Shown here: piece after piece, positions 62,665 through 64,000 of the stretch
Layout of the letters: every line of letters begins with the position of its first letter
Position numbering within the stretch: position 1 is the first letter of the stretch
From: Callorhinchus milii
Taxonomy: Eukaryota
Reading direction: 5' to 3'
DNA length: 64,000 bases
NCBI RefSeq assembly: GCF_018977255.1
Contig: NW_024704742.1
Location: 63,614,001-63,678,000, forward strand
Translations under genes and position numbers: made by a program
Notes under the pieces: model-generated
The model's database searches: none
What the model was told of the DNA's origin: nothing
The model's input: the letters and a program-made list of their open reading frames with translations, nothing else

Positions 62665-64000
62665 ATCCCAGGCAGTGCGATACATTATGCAAGTTTCTTT
62701 ACTCTACGCGCCTCTGTTTACTTAGCAGTAAGTAGGAACCCGGTTTATTGTTGATTGGCAGATCAGTCTTCAGGGGGTAATAATCCCTTCAAAAAATAAT
62801 AATAATTTTAACAATCAATCCCCGACTGTTTGTGGGACACTGCTGTGGGCAAATGGCTGCCATGTTTCACCCACAAATATACAGTCAATTCACTTTACAG
62901 TATATTCTGTGAAGCGCTTTGAGACGTCTCGAAGACATGACCATTAGCACGAGGGCTTTCAGCCACTCTGCCCCAATCTCTGGAACTCAATCCCACAGTC
63001 CTTCCACCTCACCCCGCCCCCCCCCCCCCCCGCCTCCTTCAAGACTCATCTCAAGACCCTCCTCTTCGACCGTGCCTTCAGTCACCCTCCAACCACTGCC
63101 CTCCCCGTCCTCCACCACTCTTGATCTCAACAAGCAGCTCTGGTGCAGATCTCTGACTGTCCAGCACCTTGGGATGTCCTCCTGCCGTGAAAGGCGCTGG
63201 ACAAATATAATTTGTTATTGTTGTAATAAGGCACTATATCCAGTGCAAGGATTATTACTATTATTGTTGTAAACCACAGTGATCTGGTAAGCGAAAGGAC
63301 CTGGGTTTGATTCCCAGGTGGGGCGAAACCTTGAGCAAGTTTCCCTACTGCACACGCCTGTTTACCTAGCAATAAGTAGGAACCCGTTTATTAGTCAATT
63401 GGAGGATCGCTTTCTGGGGTAATATAATAATAGTAATAATAATAATTCCATTTAAAAAATAAAAGGTCACCGTGCGCAATTGGCTGCAGTTTTCGCCCAC
63501 AAAATATGGTGACGTTGTGGGACCAATTTTTTTTTCAACTCACTTTACAGTATATTGTGTGGGCGAAACGTGGCAGCCAATTTCGCACAGCAGTGTCTCA
63601 CAAACAGATGTGGATTGAGTGACCAATTTATTATTATTATTTTTATTTTTGGAGGGATTATTACCCCCGAAAAGCGATCTGCCAATTGACTAACAACCGG
63701 ATTCCTACTTACTGCTCGGTAAACAACGGCGTGTGGAGTAAGGAAACTTCCTCAACATTTCGCCCTGCCCGGGAATCAAACCCAGGTCTCTTTCTTGCGA
63801 AGCGAGTGCTCTAACCACTGAGCTACAGGATGTGATAAGGTGTTATATCAAATGCTATTATTTATTATTATGAGTTATGTCTGTCCTCTCTGTGGTGAGT
63901 AATTTACTTTTTAATAATGTGGCGGTGAAACAATTAATGATTAAGTAGAGTCCTGTAGCTCAGTGGTTAGAGCACTCGCCTTGCAAGCGAGAGACCTGAG
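62665..64000. mobile_element. Cluster of at least 4 SINE copies in both orientations
   Basis: + copies at about 62690-62940, 63270-63510 and 63948-end; - copy at about 63553-63830. Confidence 0.85.
62940..63225 (+). mobile_element. L2 3' fragment nested in a SINE tail
   Basis: gggctttcagccactctgcccc...ccagcaccttgggatgtcctcctgccgtgaaaggcgct. Confidence 0.8.

Overview
Eukaryotic (vertebrate) genomic DNA, most likely a cartilaginous fish such as a chimaera; this is inferred from the L2/CR1 LINE and Deu-domain SINE content, not proven. The main feature is the 5' part of a NEK1 (NIMA-related kinase 1) gene on the + strand. I reconstructed 23 coding exons by hand (23162-62651, 2268 nt, 756 codons, all GT-AG introns, continuous frame), and the gene continues past the window end. 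A probable promoter (paired CCAAT boxes, an ETS site, X-box-like half sites) and non-coding first exon lie at about 20.2-20.8 kb, bracketed by two different G-rich tandem arrays. An intact tRNA-Gly(GCC) gene lies on the - strand at 12966-13036. The rest is mostly interspersed repeat: a 5'-truncated L2 LINE with a candidate target-site duplication, many L2 and CR1 3' fragments, tRNA-derived Deu-type SINEs sharing the L2 tail, a small TA-flanked MITE, an old non-LTR fossil and an unclassified ~550 bp repeat. Almost all ORFs in the supplied track are spurious or repeat-derived. I found no convincing novel protein-coding system. The most interesting items are the promoter architecture, the unclassified repeat, the uORF and cassette-exon features of NEK1, and a few near-perfect hairpins.
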